Below are positions 1-9,002 of a stretch of DNA of 47,443 nucleotides, piece after piece. The position numbers and the translations under genes were made by a program. The stretch spans positions 1-47,443 of the forward strand of contig JAWOHE010000084.1 of NCBI GenBank assembly GCA_046485285.1, read 5' to 3'. The notes below the pieces were generated by a model. That model searched no databases. It was not told the origin of the DNA and was given only the letters and a program-made list of their open reading frames with translations. Source of the stretch: a bacterium (lineage in GTDB: Bacteria; Hydrothermota; Tepidihabitantia; Tepidihabitantales; Tepidihabitantaceae). How positions within the stretch are numbered: the stretch's first letter is position 1; every line of letters begins with the position of its first letter.

Positions 1-84
1 CTTGAGCACTTCCGGGTCATCCAGTAGAAACCCTTGTCCGGGCGCCTCGGCTGTGTTACTATCGGTCATTCTTCTTGTGGCCAT
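1..84 (-). CDS. 5' end of a hypothetical protein running off the window (MATRRMTDSNTAEAPGQGFLLDDPEVLK...)
   Basis: ATG at 84 preceded by a strong RBS (AAAGGAGG on the minus strand, 90-97); open frame to the window edge. Confidence 0.6.
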   Translation of the reverse strand, partial: MATRRMTDSNTAEAPGQGFLLDDPEVLK

Positions 85-185
85 TCGAGCCTCCTTTCGA
101 TCATAACTGACGCCACATTCTCATCGGAATGCGGCACGGCTCAATGGCCACTCTCTCTTTGCCAATTTGCAGACATTATGGCACG

Positions 186-372
186 CAACTAACCGTATGC
201 CCTACCGTTACCCCAACCGTTCCCCTAACCGTAGGCCCTACGGCTACCCCTACCGCTGCCCCTACCGTAGGGCTAACGGCTCCCCCAACGGTAGGGCTAA
301 CCGTTCCCCCTACCGTACCCCCTACGGTACCCCCTACGGTAGGGGGTACCGTAGGGGGTATGGGGGAGGGGG
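186..372. repeat. 12-bp-period tandem array, about 14-15 degenerate units (e.g. CCCCCTACCGTA / GGGGGTACCGTA)
   Basis: ACCGT/ACGGT-like cores at 192,204,216,228,240,...,348, exactly 12 bp apart. Confidence 0.95.
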
Positions 373-462
373 TAAATTCAGAGGTGAGTGAAGTGCCGTT
401 TTTTCAATCGATTGTGACGATTTCCCGATTGGCCGGGCCGTTAGTTTCTACTAACACAGGCT
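373..462 (+). promoter_or_regulatory. Conserved leader with palindromes CAATCGATTG (405-414) and GTTAGT-N4-ACTAAC (440-455); candidate operators
   Basis: Both palindromes are conserved in the inverted paralogue at 46811-46861. Confidence 0.6.
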
Positions 463-636
463 ATGGATAGTAATGTGAAGGTGGCTGGCTATGGCCCGGG
501 AGAGACGGTTGCGCCGGGTGCGGCGTTACGCGGGTTGCGGCGGCGGGCCGGGAGCGAAGCCGAGGAGGAAGGCGCAAGGGGCACGAGGAAGGAAGGGGAG
601 GAGGGAAGGGACGAGGGCAGAGCGCGGAAGGCGTAA
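463..636 (+). pseudogene. Truncated XRE-family HTH gene (N-terminus only, then runs into a purine-rich repeat)
   Basis: MDSNVKVAGYGPGETVAPGAALRGLRRRAG aligns with the N-terminus of the HTH ORF near 46800 (ADSDAKVAGLRPGETVALVAVSRGLWLRAG); homology ends near 552. Confidence 0.65.
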
Positions 637-659
637 GGGCAGAAGCGGAAGTGGCGGTA

Positions 660-704
660 AGGGATTTCTCCACTCCGGCCTTGCGGCCGTCGGTCGGAAT
701 GACA
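660..704. repeat. REP-like palindromic element
   Basis: AGGGATTTCTCCACTCCG...GGTCGGAATGAC matches the reverse complement of 46349-46387. Confidence 0.7.
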
Positions 705-860
705 GGCGCGGAGAGGGACTTCTCTACAGGAATTGCCTGCGCAGCACGGTAGCGGTGCCGCCTCGATCGAAGTGACGCGAGAGAACTTGCGTTCCATCGG
801 TCGAGATTAGCGGCGGGAGAGAGGTGGTAGTTCGCTTCAATCCGCGGACCGGGCGCCGCG

Positions 861-2819
861 TCAGGCGCGGGCGAAGAAGAGCTCGACCGCGGTGAGGTCG
901 GTGGTGATGTTGATGCCGGGCGGGAGGCTGCGGCGGAAGGTGTCGCCGTAACCCCGGGTGATGATGCGGCGGTCGAGGACGCAGACAACGCCGCGGTCGC
1001 GGCGGCTGCGGATGAGCCGGCCGAAGCCCTGGCGGAAGCGGAGGACCGCGGTCGGCAACTGGTATGCGAAGAAGGGCTCGTCGCCCTCGGCCCTGAGGCG
1101 CTCGGTGATGGCGGCGAGGCGCGGGTCGTCCGGGACCTCGAATGGCAGGCGGCAAATGATGAGACAGGAGAGGGACTCGCCCGGGATGTCGACGCCCTGC
1201 CAGAAGCTCTGGGTGGCGAAGAGGACCGAGTGGATGTCGCGGCGGAACTTGTCGAGCAGGCGGGGCAGGGGCAGTCCGCCCTGGACGAGCGCGGTGTGGC
1301 CGGAGGTGTCGCAGAGGTCGTGGACCTTCTGCATCATCTCCCGGCTGGTGAAGAGGACCAGCGCCCGGCCGCGGCTGGCGCGGATGATGTCGCCGACGTG
1401 GCGGGCGGCGTTGGTGACGTAGGCCGGCTCGGTTGGCAGGGGCAGGCGTTCCGGGACGTAGAGCAGGCTGTTGGCGGCGTGGTCGAAGGGCGAGTCGAGC
1501 TTGAGGGTCGTGAAGCCTGCGAGCCCGAGGCGGCGGGCGGTGAAGTCGAAGCTGCCCGCGACGGTGAGCGTGGCCGAGGTGAGGACCGCGACCCGGAGCC
1601 GGGGATAGATCTCCGTGGCAAGCGGGGCGGCGACCGAGAGCGGGGCGAGGTTGAGAGTGGCGTCCGCCGGGCCGCCCTCGAGCCAGCGGACCGAGTCGCC
1701 CGCCGCCGGTTCGGCAAACTTCTCGAGGTCGGCGGCGGCCTCGGCGAGACGGCGGCCGGCGCCGCCGAGTTCGGCAGCGAGGTCTTCGTCGTCGAGGTCG
1801 GCAGCGGCTTCGGCGAGCGCGGTGCCGAGCCGGTCGAGCCGGGGGGCGGGCGTGGCCGCGACCGGTTCGTCGAGCCGGCGGCGGACCGTTGTCGCGCCGC
1901 CGGGGTGGTCCGCCTCGCCGGTGAGGCGGGCGAAGTACGCGGCGAGCTCGGCGCGGCAGTCAGCGGTCTCGGTCTCGAGCGCGCTGGTGATGCCGGAGCG
2001 GCCGAGCGAGTTGAGCAGGCCGCGGCCGGATTCCGGATTCAGGTTGTCGAGGATGCCGGCGAGCCAGCCGTGGCTGAGCCGGACGCCGAAGTGGTTGACC
2101 GCGGCATCTTCGAGCCGGTGGGCCTCGTCGAAGACGACCGCGGCGAGCTCGGGCAGGATGCCGCCCTCGCCGGAGCCGGCGAGGTAGAGCGAGTGGTTGA
2201 CGATGAGGATACCGGCTGCTTCCCAGGCGCGGCGGGCCCGGTATGCGAAACACTCGCCGAAGTGCGGGCAGCGCTGGCGGGGGCAGGCGGCCGGGTCCCG
2301 GCCGAGCCGGCGTTCGAGCCGGGGCGGGATGGCGACCGGCGCGTCGAGGAGGACGCCGGTCTCGGTCGCGGCCGCCCATTCGAGCAGGCCGTCGGCGGCC
2401 CGGGCCTGCTCGCGCGTGTCGAAGAGCCCGCGCGAGACCCGGGTGTGGAGCCGGAGCCGGCAGAGGTAGTTTTCCTGGCCGTAGGCGACCTCGACCCGGG
2501 GCAGGTCGGGCAGGATGCGGCGGAGGAGCTCGACGTCGCGGGTGATGAGCTGGTTCTGGAGGATGCGGGTGTAGGTGGAGACGGCGATGCGGCAGCGGTT
2601 GCGGGCCGCCCAGTCCGCGGCCGGGACGAGGTAGGCGAGGCTCTTGCCGACGCCGGTGCCGGCCTCGACCGCGAGCCGGCCGTCGGCGGCGAAGGCGGCC
2701 TCGACCGCTCGGGCCATCGCGAGCTGCTGGGGCCGGGGTTCCCAGTCAGGGAGGGCGCGCTCGAGCCGGCCGCCCGGGCGGAAGACCGCGTGGCATAGTC
2801 CGGCCGACGGGGCGGGCAT
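861..2819 (-). CDS. dinG: ATP-dependent DinG/YoaA-family helicase
   Basis: Q motif RPQQ, Walker A EAGTGVGKS, DEAH box, Fe-S cysteines, QGFGRLIR motif VI; start taken at ATG 2819 just downstream of a TACAAT box. Confidence 0.92.
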   Translation of the reverse strand: MPAPSAGLCHAVFRPGGRLERALPDWEPRPQQLAMARAVEAAFAADGRLAVEAGTGVGKSLAYLVPAADWAARNRCRIAVSTYTRILQNQLITRDVELLRRILPDLPRVEVAYGQENYLCRLRLHTRVSRGLFDTREQARAADGLLEWAAATETGVLLDAPVAIPPRLERRLGRDPAACPRQRCPHFGECFAYRARRAWEAAGILIVNHSLYLAGSGEGGILPELAAVVFDEAHRLEDAAVNHFGVRLSHGWLAGILDNLNPESGRGLLNSLGRSGITSALETETADCRAELAAYFARLTGEADHPGGATTVRRRLDEPVAATPAPRLDRLGTALAEAAADLDDEDLAAELGGAGRRLAEAAADLEKFAEPAAGDSVRWLEGGPADATLNLAPLSVAAPLATEIYPRLRVAVLTSATLTVAGSFDFTARRLGLAGFTTLKLDSPFDHAANSLLYVPERLPLPTEPAYVTNAARHVGDIIRASRGRALVLFTSREMMQKVHDLCDTSGHTALVQGGLPLPRLLDKFRRDIHSVLFATQSFWQGVDIPGESLSCLIICRLPFEVPDDPRLAAITERLRAEGDEPFFAYQLPTAVLRFRQGFGRLIRSRRDRGVVCVLDRRIITRGYGDTFRRSLPPGINITTDLTAVELFFARA

Positions 2820-2825
2820 CCGGGC

Positions 2826-2890
2826 ATTGTAGCGCCGGGCGGGGCAGGGGCAAGCCGGCGGCTTGACTTGGCCGGGCGCGGACCTATGAT
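2826..2890. promoter_or_regulatory. Divergent sigma70-like promoters for dinG (TTGCCC-N16-TACAAT, minus) and the MBL gene (TTGACT-N16-TATGAT, plus)
   Basis: Hexamers read directly at 2853-2826 and 2863-2890. Confidence 0.7.
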
Positions 2891-2925
2891 TGCGCCCCTC
2901 ATGGAACGGCGAAGGCTGAGCGTAC

Positions 2926-3558
2926 ATGGCCAGCGTTGACCGGCTGGTGGTCGGCCCGCTGGCGGCCAACTGTTACCTGCTGAAGTCCGGGGACGAGCTG
3001 GCGGTCATCGACCCGGGCAGCGAGCCGGAGCGGATACTGGAGCGGGCCGGTGAGCTGGGCGGGACGGTCCGGTACGTCATCAACACCCACGGCCACATCG
3101 ACCACGTCGCCGGCAACGAGGCGGTCATCAAGGCGACCGGGGCGGAGCTGCTGATTCATGCCGAGGACGCGGTGATGCTGTCCGAGCCGGACTCGAGCCT
3201 CGCGTCGTACATGGGGATGAGCGTGAGCGCGCTCGAGCCGGGCCGGGTTCTCGAGGGCGGGGACGAGGTCGCGCTGGGCGGGCTTTCCCTCACCGTCCTG
3301 CACACGCCGGGCCACACGCCGGGCGGTATCTGCCTGGTCGGCGGCGGGCTCGCGTTCACCGGCGACACGCTGTTCGTCGACTCGATCGGCCGGACCGACT
3401 TTCCCGGCGGGTCGAACCGGCTGATGCGCGAGTCGATACTGCTCCTGCGCGCCCGGCTGGCCGGGGAGACGATGTTGTACCCCGGCCACGGCGAGCCCGG
3501 GACATTCGGCCGTGCCCTGCTCGTGAACCCGTTCCTCGGCAGTATCTGGCCGGCTTGA
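2926..3558 (+). CDS. MBL-fold metallo-hydrolase (glyoxalase II-like)
   Basis: THGHIDH, HTPGHTPG, FTGDTLF and PGHG motifs. Confidence 0.92.
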   Translation: MASVDRLVVGPLAANCYLLKSGDELAVIDPGSEPERILERAGELGGTVRYVINTHGHIDHVAGNEAVIKATGAELLIHAEDAVMLSEPDSSLASYMGMSVSALEPGRVLEGGDEVALGGLSLTVLHTPGHTPGGICLVGGGLAFTGDTLFVDSIGRTDFPGGSNRLMRESILLLRARLAGETMLYPGHGEPGTFGRALLVNPFLGSIWPA

Positions 3559-3615
3559 CTCGTGCCGGCTGATGCCTATCCTCAAGAGCTTACCCAGACT
3601 ACAGGAGGTCACATA

Positions 3616-4755
3616 ATGCCCAAGGTCAGAGTCGGCATTATCGGAGTCGGCAACTGCGCCTCGAGTTTCGTCCAGGGCGTGCATTTCTACCGCAATGCCC
3701 GCGCCGGGGACCGCATCCCGGGGCTCATGCACGTGAATCTCGGCGGCTACCACGTCAACGACATCGAGTTCACGGTCGCGATCGACATCGACAAGCGCAA
3801 GGTCGGCAAGGACCTCGCCCAGGCGATCTACACCGAGCCGAACAACACCTTCAAGTTCGCCGACGTCCCGAAGACCGGGGTCAAGGTCATCCGCGGGATG
3901 ACGCACGACGGGCTCGGCTACTACCTGTCGCAGATAATCGAGCCGGCGCCCGGCCCGACCGCGGACATCGTCGGGGCGCTCAAGCGGACGAAGACCGACG
4001 TGGTCGTCAACTACCTGCCGGTCGGGAGCGAGGAGGCGACCAAGTGGTACGTCGAGCAGATCCTGAAAGCCGGCTGCGCGCTGGTGAACTGCATCCCGGT
4101 CTTCATCGCGTCCCAGAAGTACTGGCACCGCCGGTTCAAGGCGGCCGGCGTACCGGTTATCGGTGACGACATCAAGTCGCAGGTCGGCGCGACGATCCTC
4201 CACCGGATGCTGGTGTCGCTGTTCAACGACCGCGGGGTGAAGCTGCTCCGGACCTCCCAGCTCAACGTCGGCGGGAACACCGACTTCCTGAACATGCTCG
4301 AGCGGAGCCGCCTGCACTCGAAGAAGATATCGAAGACCGGCGCGGTGACATCGCTGCTGCCCTACGACATCGGCGCCGACAACATCTACATCGGGCCGTC
4401 GGACTACATCGCCTGGCTCAAAGACCGGAAGTGGGCGCACATCCGGCTCGAAGGTCAGACCTTCGGCGACGTGCCGCTGAACCTCGAGCTCAAGCTCGAG
4501 GTCTGGGATTCGCCGAACTCGGCCGGGGTCGTGATCGACGCAGTGCGGTGCGCCAAGCTCGCGCTCGACCGCGGGCTCGCCGGCAGCATCGTCGAGCCGT
4601 CGAGCTACTTCATGAAGACGCCGCCGGTGCAGTTCACGGACGACGTCTGCCGGGACCGGACCGAGGCCTTCATCCGCCGCCACGGCCAGAAGCCGGTCGA
4701 GCACAGGCCGGCCGGGAAGGCCGCCCCGGGCAGGAAGCGCCCGGCCGGGAAGTAG
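3616..4755 (+). CDS. ino1: myo-inositol-1-phosphate synthase
   Basis: [30 protein letters not shown] and DSPNSAG motifs; RBS AGGAGG; promoter TTGACT-N16-TATCCT at 3555-3582. Confidence 0.95.
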   Translation: MPKVRVGIIGVGNCASSFVQGVHFYRNARAGDRIPGLMHVNLGGYHVNDIEFTVAIDIDKRKVGKDLAQAIYTEPNNTFKFADVPKTGVKVIRGMTHDGLGYYLSQIIEPAPGPTADIVGALKRTKTDVVVNYLPVGSEEATKWYVEQILKAGCALVNCIPVFIASQKYWHRRFKAAGVPVIGDDIKSQVGATILHRMLVSLFNDRGVKLLRTSQLNVGGNTDFLNMLERSRLHSKKISKTGAVTSLLPYDIGADNIYIGPSDYIAWLKDRKWAHIRLEGQTFGDVPLNLELKLEVWDSPNSAGVVIDAVRCAKLALDRGLAGSIVEPSSYFMKTPPVQFTDDVCRDRTEAFIRRHGQKPVEHRPAGKAAPGRKRPAGK

Positions 4756-4764
4756 ACCGGGCCG

Positions 4765-5403
4765 GTGCGCGGCGCGCTCCTGACCTTCGAGGGCGTCGAA
4801 GGTTCGGGCAAGTCGACCCAGGCAGGGCTGCTCGCCGATTGGCTCGCGTCGCGCGGGCTGGACGTCGTGCTGTCGCGCGAGCCGGGTGGGACCCCGGTTG
4901 GAGAGCGCATCCGCGATGTCCTGCTCGACGTCGACGCCGGGGAGACGGACGGCAGGACCGAGCTGTTCCTGTACCTCGCCAGCCGCAACCAGCTTGTCCG
5001 GGAGCTGGTCCTGCCCGCGTTGCGGCGCGGGGCGGTGGTCGTGCTGGACCGGTTCGCCGATTCCTCGGCGGCGTACCAGGGCGGAGGTCGGGAGCTCGGC
5101 GAGCGGGTCGTCGCGCGGCTGAACAAGCTGGCGACGGCCGCGATTCGGCCGGACCTGACGATCCTCGTCGACCTGCCGGTCGAGATCGGCCGGCGGCGCA
5201 AGGACGGCGCGCCGCTTGACAGGCTGGAGCGGGAGCGGGTAGAATTTCACGAGCGGGTCAGGCAGGCCTACCTGCGGCTAGCCCGCCGCGCGCCGAAGCG
5301 CGTGCGGGTGGTCGACGGCACCAGGCCCGCGTCAGAGCTGCAGGACGAGGTCCGGCGGCTGGTCGCCGAGGTCCTCGAACGCAGAGGAATGGTGGAGCGA
5401 TGA
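4765..5403 (+). CDS. tmk: Thymidylate kinase
   Basis: FEGVEGSGKST P-loop, REPGGT, DRF..SS.AYQG. Confidence 0.95.
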   Translation: MRGALLTFEGVEGSGKSTQAGLLADWLASRGLDVVLSREPGGTPVGERIRDVLLDVDAGETDGRTELFLYLASRNQLVRELVLPALRRGAVVVLDRFADSSAAYQGGGRELGERVVARLNKLATAAIRPDLTILVDLPVEIGRRRKDGAPLDRLERERVEFHERVRQAYLRLARRAPKRVRVVDGTRPASELQDEVRRLVAEVLERRGMVER

Positions 5404-6980
5404 AGAGACGAGTTGCGATTGTCCTGGCGGTTGCGCTGGCGCTGGTGGTCGGCGGGCTGTTCGGCCGGCTCTGGGCGCAGAGAAGCGCGACGCTGGGGCA
5501 GAGCCTCCAGTTGTTCAGCCGGGTGGTCGGGATTGTCCTTACCAACTACGTCGAGCCGGTCAAGCCCGAGGAGCTGATACGGGCCGCGGTTCGCGGGATG
5601 CTGGGCTCGCTCGACCCGTACACCGACTTCCTCGAGGAGACCGAGTTCGACGACCTGCGGGTCCGCACCGAGGCCCAGTTCGGCGGCATCGGCATCCACA
5701 TCGGCACGGTCGACGGCAAGCTGACCGTCATCGCGCCGATCGAGGGCACACCGGCCGAGCGTGCCGGGATTCGGAGCGGGGACCGGATCGCCTCGATCGA
5801 CGGCGGGTCGACCGAGGGCTTCACGAGCTCGGACGCGGTCAAGCTCCTGCGCGGCGCGCCGGGGTCGAAGGTCACCATCGGCATCGACCGGCCCGGCGTG
5901 AAGGAGCGCATTCCGATCGAGCTGACCCGGGCGATAATCAACATCCGGTCGGTGCCGTTTGCGGGTATTGTCAGTGGCGACATCGGCTACGTCCGGCTGG
6001 CAGATTTCTCGAGGGTCGCGACGAGCGAACTGCGCGCTTCGGTGGACTCGGTTTTCGGCGCGGGCGCGAAGAAGCTGATACTCGACCTCCGCTCCAACGG
6101 CGGCGGCCTGCTGCGCGAGGGGCGGGACGTTTCGGACCTGTTCCTCCCGCCAGGGCAGGTGATTGTCCGGACCGACGGCCGGATGCCGCAGAGCCGGCAG
6201 GAATTCCTGTCCGAGATCCCGGAACTCCACGGCGACTTCCCGATGGTCGTGCTGGTCGACCGGGGCAGTGCCTCGGCCGCCGAGATCGTCGCGGGCGCGC
6301 TCCAGGACTGGGAGCGCGCGCTCATTCTCGGCGACACGACATTCGGCAAGGGCTCGGTGCAGACAATTCACCAGCTCGACGCCGAGACCGCGGTGAGGAT
6401 AACGACGGCGTACTGGTATACTCCGAGCGGGCGGTGCATCAACCGGCCGCGTGAGACCGGTGAGGAGTCCGACGCCGAGGATGAGTACGACGGCGAGGAG
6501 CCGCCCCGACCCGCGCCGGCGAAGCCCGAGGCCGGGCCGCCGGCGACCTATCGCACGCTCGGCCCGCTCGGCCGGCCGGTCTGCGGCGGCGGGGCGATCG
6601 TGCCTGACGTCTTCCTGGAGTACGAGCGGCGCGACGAGTTCGAGATGCGGCTGACGCGCTCGGTGTTCTTCGATTTCGCGGTCGACTACAACAACGGACA
6701 CCGCGGTCTGACGATGAGCTTCGTCGCGGACAGCGCGGTGCTGGAGGAGTTCCGCCGGTACCTGCGCGACGTCAAGGAGATCGAGTTCACCGACGCGGAG
6801 TTCGACTCGGCCCGGAAGCACCTGGCCGGGGAAATCGAGCGCGAAGTCGGCGGCAAGCTGGCCGGGATGCGCGGCGAGTACCAGATGCGGCTGCGCAATG
6901 ACGTCCACGTCGCGCGGGCGCGGGAATTGCTCGCGGGCGCGGGTTCGACGCGCGAGTTACTCGCCTCGCCGGGCAGGTAG
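5400..6980 (+). CDS. S41 family carboxy-terminal processing protease with PDZ domain
   Basis: LDPYT, GIGI (PDZ), DLRSNGGG, SASAAEI and TFGKGSVQ motifs; N-terminal TM/signal. Confidence 0.93.
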   Translation: MKRRVAIVLAVALALVVGGLFGRLWAQRSATLGQSLQLFSRVVGIVLTNYVEPVKPEELIRAAVRGMLGSLDPYTDFLEETEFDDLRVRTEAQFGGIGIHIGTVDGKLTVIAPIEGTPAERAGIRSGDRIASIDGGSTEGFTSSDAVKLLRGAPGSKVTIGIDRPGVKERIPIELTRAIINIRSVPFAGIVSGDIGYVRLADFSRVATSELRASVDSVFGAGAKKLILDLRSNGGGLLREGRDVSDLFLPPGQVIVRTDGRMPQSRQEFLSEIPELHGDFPMVVLVDRGSASAAEIVAGALQDWERALILGDTTFGKGSVQTIHQLDAETAVRITTAYWYTPSGRCINRPRETGEESDAEDEYDGEEPPRPAPAKPEAGPPATYRTLGPLGRPVCGGGAIVPDVFLEYERRDEFEMRLTRSVFFDFAVDYNNGHRGLTMSFVADSAVLEEFRRYLRDVKEIEFTDAEFDSARKHLAGEIEREVGGKLAGMRGEYQMRLRNDVHVARARELLAGAGSTRELLASPGR

Positions 6981-7005
6981 CCGGATGCGCCGCGCCGCAG
7001 GACAC

Positions 7006-7108
7006 GCCACGCAGGCACGAATACCGGGCAAACCGCAAAGGCACAAAGAGAAAGGGGTTCGGGGTCGAACCTAGGGAACCTCTGTCTTCGTGTCTTGGTG
7101 GCTAATCC
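7006..7108. repeat. Miniature inverted-repeat element with 9-bp-period arms (CACAAAGGC... / ...CTTCGTGTCTTGGTG)
   Basis: Homologous to the reverse complement of 26910-27012 and to 11821-11961. Confidence 0.7.
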
Positions 7109-7135
7109 GGCCGCGCGGGGCGGGCGCGGGGGCTG

Positions 7136-8086
7136 ATGCCCGAACTTCCTGAGGTCGAGACGATACGACGCGAGCTTGAGCCGGCGCTGGCCGGCCGGCG
7201 CATCACCGGAGTCGAGCTGGCCCGGCCGGACATCGTTGGCTGGCCCGGGCCGGCCGTGTTCGCCAGGCAGGCGACCGGACGGCGTATCGACGGGCTCGAC
7301 CGGCGCGGGAAGTACCTCATCCTCCGGCTGGACACCGGCGGCCCCGGCCGCCGGGAAGCCACGCCATCGGCGCGGAGCAGAGGAGGAGTTCCTTCCGGAT
7401 CCCGGACCGAACTCCCGGCGCGTGCTGCGCCGGCAGTTCCCGGTGCCGGGGGCGAGCTGGTCATCCACCTGCGGCTGAGCGGCCACCTCCGCGTGTTGCC
7501 GGCGCGCGCCGCGCCGGAGCGCTTCGAGCGGGCCCGGTTCCGGCTGTCCGGGGGCAGGGCTCTCGTTTTCATCGAGCCCAGGGCGCTCGGCCGGCTGTAC
7601 CTGGTCGAGGCAGGCCGTTACCCGGCGGCGCTGGGTGGGATGCTCCGGATGGGGCCCGAGCCGGTGAGCCGCGGGTTCACGGCCGCGTTTCTCGCGCGCC
7701 GCCTCGCCGGGCGGAAGGCGGCGGTGAAGGTCCTGCTGCTCGACCAGCAGACCTGCTGCGGAGTGGGAAACATCTACTCGGACGAGGCGCTGTTCCGGGC
7801 CGGGGTGCGGCCGGACCGGCCGGCCGGCAGCCTGAGCCCGGCCGAGGTCAGGCGACTCGCCGCGGCGCTGCGACGGGTCCTGCGCGACGGCATCCGGTGG
7901 TGCGGGACGACGCTCGAGGACGACCGCTATCGGCGTCCCGACAGGCAGGCCGGGTCGTTCCAGCGGCATCTCCATGCCTATGGCCGCGCGGGCGAACCCT
8001 GCCGGCGGCCGGGGTGTCACGTGACGATCAGGGCCGCGAGGTTCGGCAACCGCGGAAGCTGTTACTGCCCGGGCTGCCAGCACTAG
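7136..8086 (+). CDS. mutM: Formamidopyrimidine-DNA glycosylase with an internal insertion
   Basis: MPELPEVET N-terminus, RRGKY, GVGNIYSDE, C-terminal zinc finger. Confidence 0.95.
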   Translation: MPELPEVETIRRELEPALAGRRITGVELARPDIVGWPGPAVFARQATGRRIDGLDRRGKYLILRLDTGGPGRREATPSARSRGGVPSGSRTELPARAAPAVPGAGGELVIHLRLSGHLRVLPARAAPERFERARFRLSGGRALVFIEPRALGRLYLVEAGRYPAALGGMLRMGPEPVSRGFTAAFLARRLAGRKAAVKVLLLDQQTCCGVGNIYSDEALFRAGVRPDRPAGSLSPAEVRRLAAALRRVLRDGIRWCGTTLEDDRYRRPDRQAGSFQRHLHAYGRAGEPCRRPGCHVTIRAARFGNRGSCYCPGCQH

Positions 8087-8096
8087 GAGGTCGTTC

Positions 8097-9002
8097 TTGA
8101 ACGGTAATGTCTTCGGTATCATCTGTCACGGTGGAGCGGGGGTCATCACCGACCCGAAGGCCTCGGCGGACGGTCTGGCCGAGGCGCTCGAGGCATCCTA
8201 CCGGCTCCTGCGTCAGAGCGCCGACGCCCTTGACGCGGTTGTCGAGGCGGTGAGGCTGATGGAGGATAACCCGGTCTTCAACTGCGGGACCGGCTCGACG
8301 CTGACCGCGAGCGGGCGGGTGGAGATGGAGGCCGCGGTGATGACGCAGGCCGGCGGGTTCGGCGGGGTGATCGCGCTCACCGGCGTGCGCAACCCGGTGC
8401 TGGTCGCGCGCAAGGTGATGTCCGAGACCGACCACATGCTGCTTGCCGGCGAGGGCGCGACGGCGTTCGCCCGCAAGTGCGGTTTCGAGGACTACGACCC
8501 GGTCACCGACCGGTCGCGCCGGCGGCTTGAGGAACTCCTCGCGAAGGGCGAATCGCCGTACTTTGACCTCGAGAAGGCGAAGAAGTACGGCACGGCCGGC
8601 GCGGTGGCGATCGACCGCCGCGGGCGTCTGGCGGTCGCGACCTCGACCGGCGGCATCACCGGACGGATGACCGGCCGGGTGGGCGATTCCGCGGTCCCGG
8701 GCGCGGGCACCTGGGCCGGTCCGACCGGCGCGGTCTCCTGCACAGGCCACGGCGAGGCGATTCTTCGGTTGATGCTCGCGCGGGAGCTGGTCGAGCGGAT
8801 GAAGACGATGCCGGCATCGGTTGCGACAACGCTGGCGATGGCCGAGGCGCGACGGCGGAAGTTCGCGGTCGGCGCGGTCGGGCTGGACGCCCGGGCCGGC
8901 TTCGCGTTTGGGCACACGACGCCGGACATGGCCTACGGCTACATGATCGCCGACAAGCTGTTCATGTTCACCGACGGCAAAGACCGCAGGAAGGCGACTT
9001 GA
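8097..9002 (+). CDS. iaaA: Isoaspartyl peptidase / L-asparaginase (Ntn hydrolase)
   Basis: HGGAG, GTAGAVA cleavage site, TSTGG, GRVGDS, TGHGE; RBS AGGAGG. Confidence 0.9.
   Translation: MNGNVFGIICHGGAGVITDPKASADGLAEALEASYRLLRQSADALDAVVEAVRLMEDNPVFNCGTGSTLTASGRVEMEAAVMTQAGGFGGVIALTGVRNPVLVARKVMSETDHMLLAGEGATAFARKCGFEDYDPVTDRSRRRLEELLAKGESPYFDLEKAKKYGTAGAVAIDRRGRLAVATSTGGITGRMTGRVGDSAVPGAGTWAGPTGAVSCTGHGEAILRLMLARELVERMKTMPASVATTLAMAEARRRKFAVGAVGLDARAGFAFGHTTPDMAYGYMIADKLFMFTDGKDRRKAT

Noticed and set aside
186-372. CRISPR array interpretation of the 12-bp arrays (also 25205-25420 and 46894-47147)
   Set aside because: Units are contiguous 12-mers with no unique spacers, and there are no cas genes
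129-470. ORFs translated across the arrays (TVPP/PYR repeats; also 24770-25447, 46812-47153, 46878-47177)
   Set aside because: Open frames are a by-product of a stop-poor 12-bp period; there is no RBS, and the starts are not shared between the paralogous copies
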